A stretch of DNA of 64,000 nt from a virus (taxonomy: Duplodnaviria > Caudoviricetes): IMG/VR virus record IMGVR_UViG_3300021400_000095, one strand, 5' to 3'. How positions within the stretch are numbered: the first letter of the stretch is position 1; the number at the start of each line of letters is the position of its first letter. Shown here in pieces: positions 28,958-38,835 of the stretch. A model generated the notes under the pieces. It searched no databases. It was given only the letters and a program-made list of their open reading frames with translations, and was not told where the DNA came from. Made by a program: the position numbers and the translations under genes.

Positions 28958-29169
28958 TATGCTTCAAAATCATCTAAATATACAAACTCTCCAAATAATT
29001 CATCTGGCCCATTTTCATCATACCTAATCCCATAGACAACCACACAAGGATATTTTTCAGGGCCTACCCAAAAATCAGACACAACCCTTCCATGCTCAGG
29101 AATTATTCCAGTATGGTCATCTACAAAAGAGACAAAATCATCATAACTGTTAAGTAAAATCTTATTCAT
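28957..29169 (-). CDS. small hypothetical protein
   Basis: PEKYPCVVV...FVYLDDF. Confidence 0.65.
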   Translation of the reverse strand: MNKILLNSYDDFVSFVDDHTGIIPEHGRVVSDFWVGPEKYPCVVVYGIRYDENGPDELFGEFVYLDDFEA

Positions 29170-29172
29170 ATC

Positions 29173-29568
29173 TCATTCATTTTTATACATTCCATATGGT
29201 GCTTCAAGAGCAAGACCTTTTTCAATTAGATGATGAAAGTCAAAATGGTGGCTGTTAAACCAATCATGAAGTTCAGAAATTTTTTCTTCCAGCCTTTCAT
29301 CACAACTTTCTGCAATATTGTTTTTGTAAATTTGCCATTCTTTATCTTCTTCCTCAGTCATACTTGACATTGGCCTGAGATAAGGCTTAATACTGTTAAT
29401 TCTGAATGGGTCAGAATCAACATTTAGATAGATTTCTTCTCCATCAACTCCACATAGTAGGCATTTTTCTGGTTTACCATAAGCACCAGGATTTAACTGC
29501 ACAAGAGTGTCATAGGGAATCCTTGCACAAAGGTCTTTGAGTAGTAGTTCTTTTTCTTCCTGTGTCAT
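29173..29568 (-). CDS. family B cassette protein, copy 6
   Basis: Three conserved blocks. Confidence 0.85.
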   Translation of the reverse strand: MTQEEKELLLKDLCARIPYDTLVQLNPGAYGKPEKCLLCGVDGEEIYLNVDSDPFRINSIKPYLRPMSSMTEEEDKEWQIYKNNIAESCDERLEEKISELHDWFNSHHFDFHHLIEKGLALEAPYGMYKNE

Positions 29569-29599
29569 ATTATTTACTGTTTTTATTCATCTATTGGAT

Positions 29600-29616
29600 A
29601 TCAAAAATCATACCAA
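29600..29616 (-). promoter_or_regulatory. sigma54-like -24/-12 box
   Basis: TTGGTATGATTTTTGAT. Confidence 0.6.
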
Positions 29617-29672
29617 AGTATTAGTCTTTACTCATTTTGTCAATCTTTTCCAAGATTTCTTTTACTATTAAA

Positions 29673-29969
29673 TTAAAACAAGTGTGAACAATTAAGTAAA
29701 TTAACAATTTTTTTTGTTTCATTATCATCACAATTAAAGAATTGCTTCACATATTCAGTTATTGTTACAAAGCCATTTTCTTTATTGTTTGTAAAATATT
29801 TGTCAAGGAATTCAGAAATTGAATTCCTGATTTTTTCAGCATCTTCTTCACTATAATTCAAACCATCTTCAAGATAATGGTGTAGATATGAAACACCAAT
29901 ATTTGGATAGATGGAATTATAATCAACAAGAAGATTCTTAATATTTTCAATAATTTCAGTATTTACCAT
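29673..29969 (-). CDS. hypothetical protein
   Basis: 98-aa ORF. Confidence 0.55.
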   Translation of the reverse strand: MVNTEIIENIKNLLVDYNSIYPNIGVSYLHHYLEDGLNYSEEDAEKIRNSISEFLDKYFTNNKENGFVTITEYVKQFFNCDDNETKKIVNLLNCSHLF

Positions 29970-30049
29970 ATGTTTATCTTTTTATATTTTAAAAACTATT
30001 TATTAATATAGAATTTATTTACTTATAATGTTTTTTATTTATTTTATTT

Positions 30050-30298
30050 TTAAGTGAATAATTCAAAAAAGTCAACAATAAACCATTTAATGAACATGAT
30101 GACAATATAGAGGACTATAATTGAAAGAAAAACTAACATAAACCACCAACTAAGAAAAGACAGTAGGAATAGGAATATGTGAAAAGGTGTTAATCTATGA
30201 AATCCAACAAACTTATAATAGTTCAAGGATACAAATATAGAAAAAAAAGCAAGTACAAAACCAAGCCAATAAAAAGAAGTCATTAAAATTGTCATCAT
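30050..30298 (-). CDS. small membrane protein
   Basis: Hydrophobic; sigma54-like box upstream. Confidence 0.55.
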   Translation of the reverse strand: MMTILMTSFYWLGFVLAFFSIFVSLNYYKFVGFHRLTPFHIFLFLLSFLSWWFMLVFLSIIVLYIVIMFIKWFIVDFFELFT

Positions 30299-30326
30299 AA
30301 TAAATTAAATTTGTTGCTTGTTTAAT

Positions 30327-30343
30327 AACAAAAACCATGCCAA
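30327..30343 (-). promoter_or_regulatory. sigma54-like -24/-12 box
   Basis: TTGGCATGGTTTTTGTT. Confidence 0.6.
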
Positions 30344-30355
30344 AATATTAATATC

Positions 30356-30715
30356 ATGACAATAAAAGAACAAAATGAATTGAAATCAACAATCAAACAA
30401 ATGGTCAGGGAATCATTGTTTGATTTAATTAATAAGAATGAAACAAAGTCTTCAGAAGATAACACTGATTCTGATAATTCTAAAAAGCCAACTTCAAAGA
30501 ACAAGGAAACAAGAGTTATTCAAGCACTTAAGAGTGATGGTGTAGATATGGCACAATATGCTTATAAATTATGGCCAGATAAAGATAAAGATAGTGCAAG
30601 AAGTTATTTTTATAAATGTCTTAATAAAGAAAAAAATGATAATGGTGATACATATTCATTTAATGATGATGAATTTGTCAAACTTCACTCAATGTTAACC
30701 AATCAACAACTTTAA
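30356..30715 (+). CDS. hypothetical protein
   Basis: ELKSTIKQMVRESL leader. Confidence 0.65.
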   Translation: MTIKEQNELKSTIKQMVRESLFDLINKNETKSSEDNTDSDNSKKPTSKNKETRVIQALKSDGVDMAQYAYKLWPDKDKDSARSYFYKCLNKEKNDNGDTYSFNDDEFVKLHSMLTNQQL

Positions 30716-30876
30716 TAAAATATATAATAACATAAAAAAATATTTGTCACTATTTGATTTTTTTTCATGTTAATGGAAAATTGCTGTAATTCCTGCAATC
30801 TATTATCCAACTGTATTTTAAGAAACTAAAAGAGAAGAAGACAAAAAGGTTCAGGAATAAAACTGAACCTTTTTTT

Positions 30877-31527
30877 ATGGAAAGAATTTTAAAAGAAAAT
30901 AGAGATATTATAACACCAGATAAATTGAGAGTAAGAAATTGGCATCTTTCTCTCTTTCACTGGAATTATGATACATTAACTTTATCTTTTGATGGTGAAA
31001 CCATTTATTATGGAAATTCATCATTGAAACACCCTATTATACACATGAAATTAAAAAATAATGATTTATTTGATTTTAGATATTGGTATAATGAAAATTT
31101 AATTTGCTGTTGGTCTTATGATGAAAATACTGTTGATGTCCTTAAAAAAATTAAAAATGCATATAAAAATAATAAAATAAAAAAAATTGAAAGCCTTGAT
31201 GATAAAAGATTCTATTATTATACAAAAGACCCTAAATTTTTTGATGTAAATACAGTTGATATTATATTTGAACAAAATATTAATGATAAAAAATATATTG
31301 TTAAATGTAAATTTGATGAACTTGATAATGTTACAGAAATGTCATCAAATAACCACCTTAGGCAATACCATGTCATGCCACCTCAATTGAAATTTCAAGA
31401 ACTTTCTAGTAATAAACAACTCATGTCTGAAAGACAATACTATATCCAAGAAGGGCAAAAAGCATGGGTTGCAAAACATGGTGATATTGACCCTGCTTAT
31501 TATCATTTACTTATGTATGAAGAATAA
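30877..31527 (+). CDS. hypothetical protein
   Basis: 216-aa ORF. Confidence 0.65.
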   Translation: MERILKENRDIITPDKLRVRNWHLSLFHWNYDTLTLSFDGETIYYGNSSLKHPIIHMKLKNNDLFDFRYWYNENLICCWSYDENTVDVLKKIKNAYKNNKIKKIESLDDKRFYYYTKDPKFFDVNTVDIIFEQNINDKKYIVKCKFDELDNVTEMSSNNHLRQYHVMPPQLKFQELSSNKQLMSERQYYIQEGQKAWVAKHGDIDPAYYHLLMYEE

Positions 31528-31620
31528 TCTGAAAGTTACAAGTTTTTTTATAAAATAATATATAAAAATAAAGGTCAAGGAAAATTGTCTTCCTTGACCT
31601 TTATTAACAATAATTAAATA

Positions 31621-32037
31621 TTACTTTTTGATTTGAAGTACTCTATTAGACCCTTCTTCTTTCTTTACATTTTTCTGTGAGCATTTGATAACAAGTTCTT
31701 GTCCATCAAGTTCAGCAGCAAGTGTATTAGGGTCTGCATTTTCTGGTAATGAATATTCAAAATCACCCATCATTTTGCTATTTTTATCAGTATACTGATA
31801 TGTTACATGAACAACATTTTCATCAACAACATTAATTGAGACATGTGTGTCAGTAACTTTTTCAGGCAAATGAATTTTCACTTCATATCCATTATCAGTT
31901 TTACTAAAACCATCATTAAAAATAGATGCTTCATTAACATTTGTAAGGTTACTAAAATTATTGGTAAAAACCTTATTAAACCAATCATCATCAAGAAAAC
32001 CACCAAAAAGTGGCATTAAACCAAATCTATCTGCCAT
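31621..32037 (-). CDS. Hsp20/alpha-crystallin-like protein
   Basis: YEVKIHLP...YSLPENADPNTLAAELDGQELVI. Confidence 0.65.
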   Translation of the reverse strand: MADRFGLMPLFGGFLDDDWFNKVFTNNFSNLTNVNEASIFNDGFSKTDNGYEVKIHLPEKVTDTHVSINVVDENVVHVTYQYTDKNSKMMGDFEYSLPENADPNTLAAELDGQELVIKCSQKNVKKEEGSNRVLQIKK

Positions 32038-32074
32038 AGCATTAATATTTTTAATTTTATTATTTTATTAATTA

Positions 32075-32485
32075 TTAAAATATAATATAAAGTATAAACA
32101 AAGTCAAGAAAATTTGAACAAAATGTACAATTTGGTCTTGTACTAGTGTGATTTTTTTCTCATTTGCTTTTAAATCATCTGTGATGTAATGTATCATTGC
32201 ATTTGCAATCCAAATACAGAACACTGAAATACCAGCAGTTGGTGTTAAAAATAGTAATGGTAACAATATCATTGCAGACCAAGATAATGAGTGAATTAGC
32301 AATGCAATTTTATAATCATTTTTATAAAATTCTTGTTTTTTAAAATCATAATTTCCATTATCATCAATAAAAACATTATCAAACCACCAATCTTTCTGCT
32401 TCAATTTGGAAAGGCATATTGGTTGTAGTACAAAGTCATCAACAACATGACATATAAACATTAAGATTAATAATTTCCAAAACAT
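32075..32485 (-). CDS. DUF3307-like membrane protein
   Basis: HVVDDFVLQ...H...HYITD...DQIVH. Confidence 0.75.
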   Translation of the reverse strand: MFWKLLILMFICHVVDDFVLQPICLSKLKQKDWWFDNVFIDDNGNYDFKKQEFYKNDYKIALLIHSLSWSAMILLPLLFLTPTAGISVFCIWIANAMIHYITDDLKANEKKITLVQDQIVHFVQIFLTLFILYIIF

Positions 32486-32632
32486 ATTTAATATATTTTA
32501 TCTTTAATATTGTTGTAAACCATGTCAACAGCAGTATCTTCATCACCACCAACAAATTCATCAATCAAATCCCATCCTTGGTCTCTGACTTCAATTAGAG
32601 TAAGTCTAATTATTTCTTTTATGTCCATAATT

Positions 32633-32851
32633 CTAAAGTCTTGCAACAATTCTTCCTCTTGTCAAATCATAGGGTGACATTTCAACCTTTACCTTATCAC
32701 CAACAAGTACCTTGATAAAATTTTGTCTCATTTTACCAGATGATTGACATAAAATAACCATACCATTAGTGTCAAGTTGTACTCTGAACATTACATTTGG
32801 TAAACTTTCAAGTACAACACCTGTTTGTTCAATTAATTTCTCTTTTGCCAT
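32633..32851 (-). CDS. infA: translation initiation factor IF-1
   Basis: [12 protein letters not shown]...[31 protein letters not shown], 72 aa. Confidence 0.97.
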   Translation of the reverse strand: MAKEKLIEQTGVVLESLPNVMFRVQLDTNGMVILCQSSGKMRQNFIKVLVGDKVKVEMSPYDLTRGRIVARL

Positions 32852-32990
32852 ATATTATTTTTCTTCATTAAATATTTTTTTATATATTTCTTTTGCAATG
32901 TTAATACATTCTTCAGTGCTTGGTGGTTCATTTTTGCTTTTTAAAAGCATTGCACCAAAATAAATTAAATCATTTTCACTCAACATATAC

Positions 32991-34142
32991 TTATATAATT
33001 TTCTTTCTTATTTTATCATATGAATCTTCTTCAAAGTTATAGATATCAGCCAATGTAAGACCCTTTGTCACTTGTGGAATTTCAAGTTCTTGTACATTAA
33101 TAGGGTTTTCATCATCATTGAGTTCTTTTGCTTTTTCAGTATAGATAATCTTAAGCAATTCATTAGTTTTTTCAACAGTAAGTGCTTTAAATTCATATTT
33201 ACTTACAAGTCTTCCTTTTCTCATAAGTGCAGAATCAATATCATTAACATCAGCATTGAATGTGCAGATGAATTTAAGGCCCAAATCATCAGCAAGAAGT
33301 CCATCACTCATGTTTAATAATGTTGACACAGCTGATGTTGCACCTGTGCTTTTTCTATCTCTAATTACATTTTCACAATCTTCAAGTATAATTACATGAT
33401 TACTCAAAGTACCTAAGAAACTAGTGAATGATGGTTGACCAAGAAAATTAACAAGGTCAGGTGTTACATAAACAAATTTTTTATTTGGATTTGTTGTTAT
33501 AAGATTTCTAATATAAGTTGTTTTACCTGTTCCCTTCTCACCATGAAGAATTACAAGACCACTTTTATCATTGTCATTAATGAATTTCCTAATCTTTTCA
33601 TCTTCATGTTTAAAATTATCATTATATTGTTTTTCAAGACTGAAATTTTTTACTTCCTTGATTTTTCCTTTCTGTAAAACAAAACCTGTATTTGTTTGTG
33701 CAATTTTATATAAATTGTTCTTTTCTTCTTCAGGTAAAACATAATAATCACTAATGAAATTAATGAAATCCTTTAATGCTTCAATATTTTCATTACCATA
33801 AAGAATATAACTTTCACACACATTCTTTTCAATCCTTGCAAATATGTTCTGTTGAAGAAGTATAATACAAAAACCTACTGTTTCTTCCTGTGTTGATAGA
33901 TTCTTTGTAATATATTCAATATACTCCATCTCATTTGCATTGTACTTTTCCTTCAATTTTTCCAATATTTTAAATGAATCAAAATACATATCATTTTGCT
34001 TTTGAGAATGTGTAAACATATAACAGTTTGGAAAATAGTTGTTTACACTAAAAAATAAATTTTGAAGTGAAAGCCCATCAACTTCTGAATATATTGTAGT
34101 TAATGATTTATTTAACCTTAAGTTATTTAATAATTTGTTCAT
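32991..34142 (-). CDS. AAA+ ATPase
   Basis: GEKGTGKT, ILEDCE, LLNMSDGLL, DSALMRKGR; sigmaA promoter 34162-34193. Confidence 0.88.
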   Translation of the reverse strand: MNKLLNNLRLNKSLTTIYSEVDGLSLQNLFFSVNNYFPNCYMFTHSQKQNDMYFDSFKILEKLKEKYNANEMEYIEYITKNLSTQEETVGFCIILLQQNIFARIEKNVCESYILYGNENIEALKDFINFISDYYVLPEEEKNNLYKIAQTNTGFVLQKGKIKEVKNFSLEKQYNDNFKHEDEKIRKFINDNDKSGLVILHGEKGTGKTTYIRNLITTNPNKKFVYVTPDLVNFLGQPSFTSFLGTLSNHVIILEDCENVIRDRKSTGATSAVSTLLNMSDGLLADDLGLKFICTFNADVNDIDSALMRKGRLVSKYEFKALTVEKTNELLKIIYTEKAKELNDDENPINVQELEIPQVTKGLTLADIYNFEEDSYDKIRKKII

Positions 34143-34227
34143 ATTTTAAATATGTTTTTTGCAAAAATACAAAAAATTGAAATTAAAAACAAAAAAATCA
34201 GCCAATTTCTTGACTGATTTAATTTAC

Positions 34228-34650
34228 TTATTGTGCAACAATTCCACCACCACCACTCATATATCCACTTGACCAAATAAACAATGTACTACTACTACCA
34301 TTAATCCTAAAATATAAATTAAGATATCCTGGTGTTATATCAATGTTTTTTGCTAGATATGGAATTGGCATGTTTGTGCATGATGGATAAAATACATATG
34401 GAACTAAAGCATAATGAACTGTTTGTCTAGAACTAACTTGATAAAGAATCACATCTTCACAATAATTATTTCCAATTACAGCATTGCATAATGCTGGAAG
34501 AGTATCATCATGACTGTTTACTCCAATTTTATTTTCTTTAATATTACTTGTTGTAAATATAGAAGATGATGAATTAAAACAAAATGTAATATTATTTAAA
34601 CTTTGTCTCCCATTATCATATTTACTTATTTTATTTCCAAAACATTTCAT
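34228..34650 (-). CDS. Asn-rich module, paralog of 34686..35087
   Basis: NKIxK...QxLNxxxF...NKIGVNS. Confidence 0.6.
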   Translation of the reverse strand: MKCFGNKISKYDNGRQSLNNITFCFNSSSSIFTTSNIKENKIGVNSHDDTLPALCNAVIGNNYCEDVILYQVSSRQTVHYALVPYVFYPSCTNMPIPYLAKNIDITPGYLNLYFRINGSSSTLFIWSSGYMSGGGGIVAQ

Positions 34651-34685
34651 ATATAATTGCTCTATTTTTTTTATCAATTTATTTA

Positions 34686-35087
34686 TTATTTACCAGTTCC
34701 TCCTGAATTATCTGTATATGGACTATCTGTTGTATAATTAAAATATTTACTATTATTATATAATTTAACATATTTATCCTGAAGTGAATAACCATTTAAA
34801 GAAAGATATTCTAAATGATACAAATCCCTAAGATAAAAAGTTCCATATGTTGGTGAAACAAAGGAGTTCATAACATAGTTATCTGCAAAATCCATATCAG
34901 TTGTTTTTCTTGGATAAGTGTTGTTATAGGAATTAACACCAATTTTATTACCAATAAAACAAGCATCAGAAAATATATAACCCTCCATTTTATCAGTATT
35001 GGTATTGTAGAAGAAAACATTACTATTTAAAGCTTGTTTTTCATTCACCATCCATTTATTTATTTTATTGCTGTTACAAAAATCCAT
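34686..35087 (-). CDS. Asn-rich module, paralog of 34228..34650
   Basis: NKINK...QALNSNVF...NKIGVNSYNNT. Confidence 0.6.
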   Translation of the reverse strand: MDFCNSNKINKWMVNEKQALNSNVFFYNTNTDKMEGYIFSDACFIGNKIGVNSYNNTYPRKTTDMDFADNYVMNSFVSPTYGTFYLRDLYHLEYLSLNGYSLQDKYVKLYNNSKYFNYTTDSPYTDNSGGTGK

Positions 35088-35112
35088 TGTTAATTTTATG
35101 TTTTTTTAGTTA

Positions 35113-35616
35113 TTATCCTAATTCTTCTTGAACATCACCTTCCCCATAGTTAGGGAAATATCTTGCAAACATAATGTTCTTGAAGTCATAAGGGCAATCA
35201 TTTTCATTTTCATCAATCATTCTATAGATAACACCTTTACCTGAAGAAGATGCCCATTCAAACCTGTCAGTATCATTATCAAGACAATACCATAATTGCC
35301 ATGCTTCAACATTTGAATTTTCAAAATAGCCTTGTGTATCTCTTTCACTATGCATTGCCATTGCTTGCTCTGATAAAGTATTTTCACTTAATGAAAGGAC
35401 AACAACATCAAATGGATGTGTTGCTGCTGTAGTTCCTGACTGTGATGTTGTTGTAACATAATCAGTAATTCTATAATAAGTACCAGGAACAAGATTACCA
35501 CTGTCTCTTGCAGATACAAGGTCAGCATATGTGGTTTCAATCATACCACCACCAATACCACCACCTGTCATATCAAACATTAAACCACCAATTTTAACTT
35601 TTGCAATTTTTGCCAT
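35113..35616 (-). CDS. putative tail/fibre N-terminal module
   Basis: LVPGTYYRITDY...GKGVIYRMIDE...CPYDFKNI. Confidence 0.6.
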   Translation of the reverse strand: MAKIAKVKIGGLMFDMTGGGIGGGMIETTYADLVSARDSGNLVPGTYYRITDYVTTTSQSGTTAATHPFDVVVLSLSENTLSEQAMAMHSERDTQGYFENSNVEAWQLWYCLDNDTDRFEWASSSGKGVIYRMIDENENDCPYDFKNIMFARYFPNYGEGDVQEELG

Positions 35617-35651
35617 AATTTATATATATTTTTTTTCTTTTTATTTTTCTA

Positions 35652-36200
35652 TTATTTAGTCAAATATAATATGCATTCAACATCATCACCCATATCAGGT
35701 GTTACTTCTTCACCATCAATTGTTCTTACCAAACCCTTATATGGTGTATCATTTGGATTAATTACAAGAACAAGATTATCTTCTTCAAGATATTCTTTAG
35801 AATCACCACTTATTGTATATGTTCCAAAGAAACCACTGAATGATTGTTCCAATTCTGCATCAGTTGCATATTCAGATACATCAAAAGTTTTTGCACTGAA
35901 ATTCTCAACAGGTGTTTCACCATCAATGTGCATTGGATTGTTTTCAAGTTGAAGTTCAAAAAAGATTCTTCTCTTGTCATCATAAAACAATGTATCACCT
36001 GAAATAACAACTGGTCTTGGATTATAATGTACTTTTGATGCACCTGATAGTGAGTCAACTGCTTCCATATCTACTTTGTCTTCAACAAGACACACTGATG
36101 GTAACTCATGGAAGTTCTGTTTATCAGTTAAACCAACATTGTACTCAGTCTCATTTTCTGCAAATGTTTGGTTATTATTGTATAATTTTAAATAAATCAT
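35652..36200 (-). CDS. putative virion accessory protein
   Basis: YLKLY...PSVCLVED...VHYNP N-module; ACTATTTATA at 36218-36227. Confidence 0.6.
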   Translation of the reverse strand: MIYLKLYNNNQTFAENETEYNVGLTDKQNFHELPSVCLVEDKVDMEAVDSLSGASKVHYNPRPVVISGDTLFYDDKRRIFFELQLENNPMHIDGETPVENFSAKTFDVSEYATDAELEQSFSGFFGTYTISGDSKEYLEEDNLVLVINPNDTPYKGLVRTIDGEEVTPDMGDDVECILYLTK

Positions 36201-36317
36201 AATCTATTTTTTTTTTATATAAATAGTATGAAAATAACAAAACAAATAGCCAAAAAAACATAATATCATAATTAATTATTTGTTAATTAACTACTATTTA
36301 TTAGAAAGCTTGGTCAT

Positions 36318-37151
36318 ATGGTTAATATATTTCAGTTAATTATAAACTTTTTAAAAAAAATTTTTTTAAAAAATGAAGATGAAGTCATTGTGAATACTAA
36401 TGACCCTGACATAATAACAGATATTGATAATCAGGAAGATAATCAACAGGAAAACAATGATGAACCTAAACCTGAAATAACAGATAATAATATAAAACCA
36501 ACTGAAACAAATATTGATATGGATAACTATAATGGAAATATTATAATATTGGATAATGGACATGCAAAATCAACACCAGGCAAATGTAGTCCATTATTTG
36601 AAGATGGGACAAGATTCTATGAATATGAGTTTAGTAGAGATATTGTTAAAAGAATTGCTAGTAAACTTGAAGAACTTGGTATAAAATATTATATCATTGT
36701 TCCTGAAATTGAAGAAGATATTGCATTATCAAAAAGAGCAAATAGAGCCAATAAAATTTGTGAACAATTTGGTGCAAACAAATGTATGCTAATATCTGTT
36801 CATGCAAATGCTGCTGGCATGGGTGATAAATGGATGTCAGCAAGAGGTTGGAGTGTTTGGACAACAAGAGGTGTTACTAAATCTGATGCAATTGCAACAA
36901 TGTTCTATGAAGAAGCAGAAAAAATATTACCAAAATATAATATGACATTAAGAAAAGATACAACAGATGGTGACCCTGATTATGAATCAAATTTCACTAT
37001 TATCTATAAAGCACTTTGCCCAGCAATCTTAACAGAAAACCTATTTCAAGACAATAAAACAGATGTCCAATTCTTAATGTCTGATGCTGGAAGAAATGCT
37101 ATTGCTGAAATTCATGTAAATGCAATAAAAAGATTTTGTGGATTAAAATAA
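36318..37151 (+). CDS. N-acetylmuramoyl-L-alanine amidase (endolysin-like)
   Basis: ILDNGH, E, ISVHANA, AILTENLFQDN; ACTATTTATT at 36293. Confidence 0.92.
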   Translation: MVNIFQLIINFLKKIFLKNEDEVIVNTNDPDIITDIDNQEDNQQENNDEPKPEITDNNIKPTETNIDMDNYNGNIIILDNGHAKSTPGKCSPLFEDGTRFYEYEFSRDIVKRIASKLEELGIKYYIIVPEIEEDIALSKRANRANKICEQFGANKCMLISVHANAAGMGDKWMSARGWSVWTTRGVTKSDAIATMFYEEAEKILPKYNMTLRKDTTDGDPDYESNFTIIYKALCPAILTENLFQDNKTDVQFLMSDAGRNAIAEIHVNAIKRFCGLK

Positions 37152-37213
37152 TCAAATCTATATTTGAATAATAATTTTGCTTAAATAAGCATAAAAAAAA
37201 CATTTTATATAAA

Positions 37214-38758
37214 ATGGCTGTAATTAGAAAAAATGGTATTCAATTAAACAAAAAAAGTAGTGTACTTAACAAAGCACCTGAACCTTCACAACTTCAATAT
37301 GGTGAAATTGCAATCAATTATGCAGCAGGTTCTGAAGCAATCTATATTAAAAATACAAATGATTCAATTGTAAATGTTACTGCTGGTAGTGGTGGTGGAG
37401 GTGGTGGTACTGTTGGTACTTTAACAACCACAGCAAGTACTGCATTATCAACTCAAACATCAGAATCATTATCAAATGCAGTACAACTTCATAAGGTGTC
37501 TAAAACAGGTTCATACAATGATTTAAATAATAAACCTACAATCCCTTCAGCACCAGGCACATTAACAACTACAGCAACAACAGCACAGGCTACTGCAAGC
37601 AATGAGGCATTATCTGGTAATATTGCATTACATAAAGTATCTAAAACAGGTTCATATAATGATTTAAACAATAAACCTACAGCACTTTCTTCATTTACAG
37701 AGGATGCAACACATAGATTAGTTACTGATACTGAAAAATCAACTTGGAATAGTAAAGGAAATGGTACTATTACTGGTATTAATATGAATGGTGCAAGCAA
37801 AGGCACATCAGGTGTTGTTGACCTTGGAACTGTTCTTACTGCTGAAACTCAATTATCTACAGGTACAACAAGTGGTAATGGAAATGCAGTAACAAGTATT
37901 AATGTTTCAAACCATCAAATTTCTTTAGTTAAAGATAAAACATTTACAACATCAGGTGATGTTAAAACTCAAATTGAAGGTTATAATTACTTAACAGGAT
38001 ATACAGAAACAGACCCAACTGTTCCTTCTTGGGCAAAACAAACAAATAAACCAACATATACTGCATCAGAAGTAGGTGCACTTCCAACAGGTACAACCCT
38101 TGATGGTGTTGCTGATGGTACAACAAGAAAACTTTCTGATACAATTACAGCTGTAACATTTAATGGTGCAACAGCAACTAAAACAAATAGAGTTGCTGCA
38201 ATTACAGCAACAATCCCTGCTGCACCAGGCACATTAACAACTACAGCAACAACAGCACAGGCTACTGCAAGTAATGAAGCATTATCTGGTAATATTGCTT
38301 TACATAAGGTATCTAAAACAGGTTCATATAATGATTTAAATAATAAACCTACAATCCCTTCAGCACCAGGCACATTAACAACTACAGCAACAACAAGTTT
38401 ATCTACTGCCACTAATGAGGCATTGTCAGGTAGCATTGCTTTGCATAAAGTTGCTAAAACAGGTTCATATAATGATTTAAATAATACACCTACAATTCCT
38501 ACTGTCAATGATAGTACAATTACAATTCAAAAAGGTGGCACAAATGTAAATTCATTTACAACAAATGCATCTTCAAATAAAACCATTAATATTCCAAATG
38601 AACTTCCAGCATATAGTGCATCAGATAGTGGAAAGGTTCTTTCTATTAATAGTTCTGGCCAGTTAGTTTGGATTACACCAGTTACAATTTATACAGGTAC
38701 TACAGCACCTAATAATTCACAAGGTATTGATGGTGATATTTATTTACAAACATCATAA
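37214..38758 (+). CDS. Thr/Ser-rich tail fibre-like protein, four 47-aa repeats
   Basis: GEIAINY N-motif; LHKVSKTGSYNDLNNKPT repeats; C-terminal GIDGDIYLQ. Confidence 0.7.
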   Translation: MAVIRKNGIQLNKKSSVLNKAPEPSQLQYGEIAINYAAGSEAIYIKNTNDSIVNVTAGSGGGGGGTVGTLTTTASTALSTQTSESLSNAVQLHKVSKTGSYNDLNNKPTIPSAPGTLTTTATTAQATASNEALSGNIALHKVSKTGSYNDLNNKPTALSSFTEDATHRLVTDTEKSTWNSKGNGTITGINMNGASKGTSGVVDLGTVLTAETQLSTGTTSGNGNAVTSINVSNHQISLVKDKTFTTSGDVKTQIEGYNYLTGYTETDPTVPSWAKQTNKPTYTASEVGALPTGTTLDGVADGTTRKLSDTITAVTFNGATATKTNRVAAITATIPAAPGTLTTTATTAQATASNEALSGNIALHKVSKTGSYNDLNNKPTIPSAPGTLTTTATTSLSTATNEALSGSIALHKVAKTGSYNDLNNTPTIPTVNDSTITIQKGGTNVNSFTTNASSNKTINIPNELPAYSASDSGKVLSINSSGQLVWITPVTIYTGTTAPNNSQGIDGDIYLQTS

Positions 38759-38835
38759 AATTAATAATAAAATAGAAGATTAATATAGGTTATCCCTTCC
38801 TATTAAAAAGGAAGGGATTTTATTTTTTATTTATT

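Noticed and set aside
32991-34142. AAA+ ATPase as the sigma54 activator
   Set aside because: No GAFTGA loop or DNA-binding domain; motifs fit a classic AAA ATPase.
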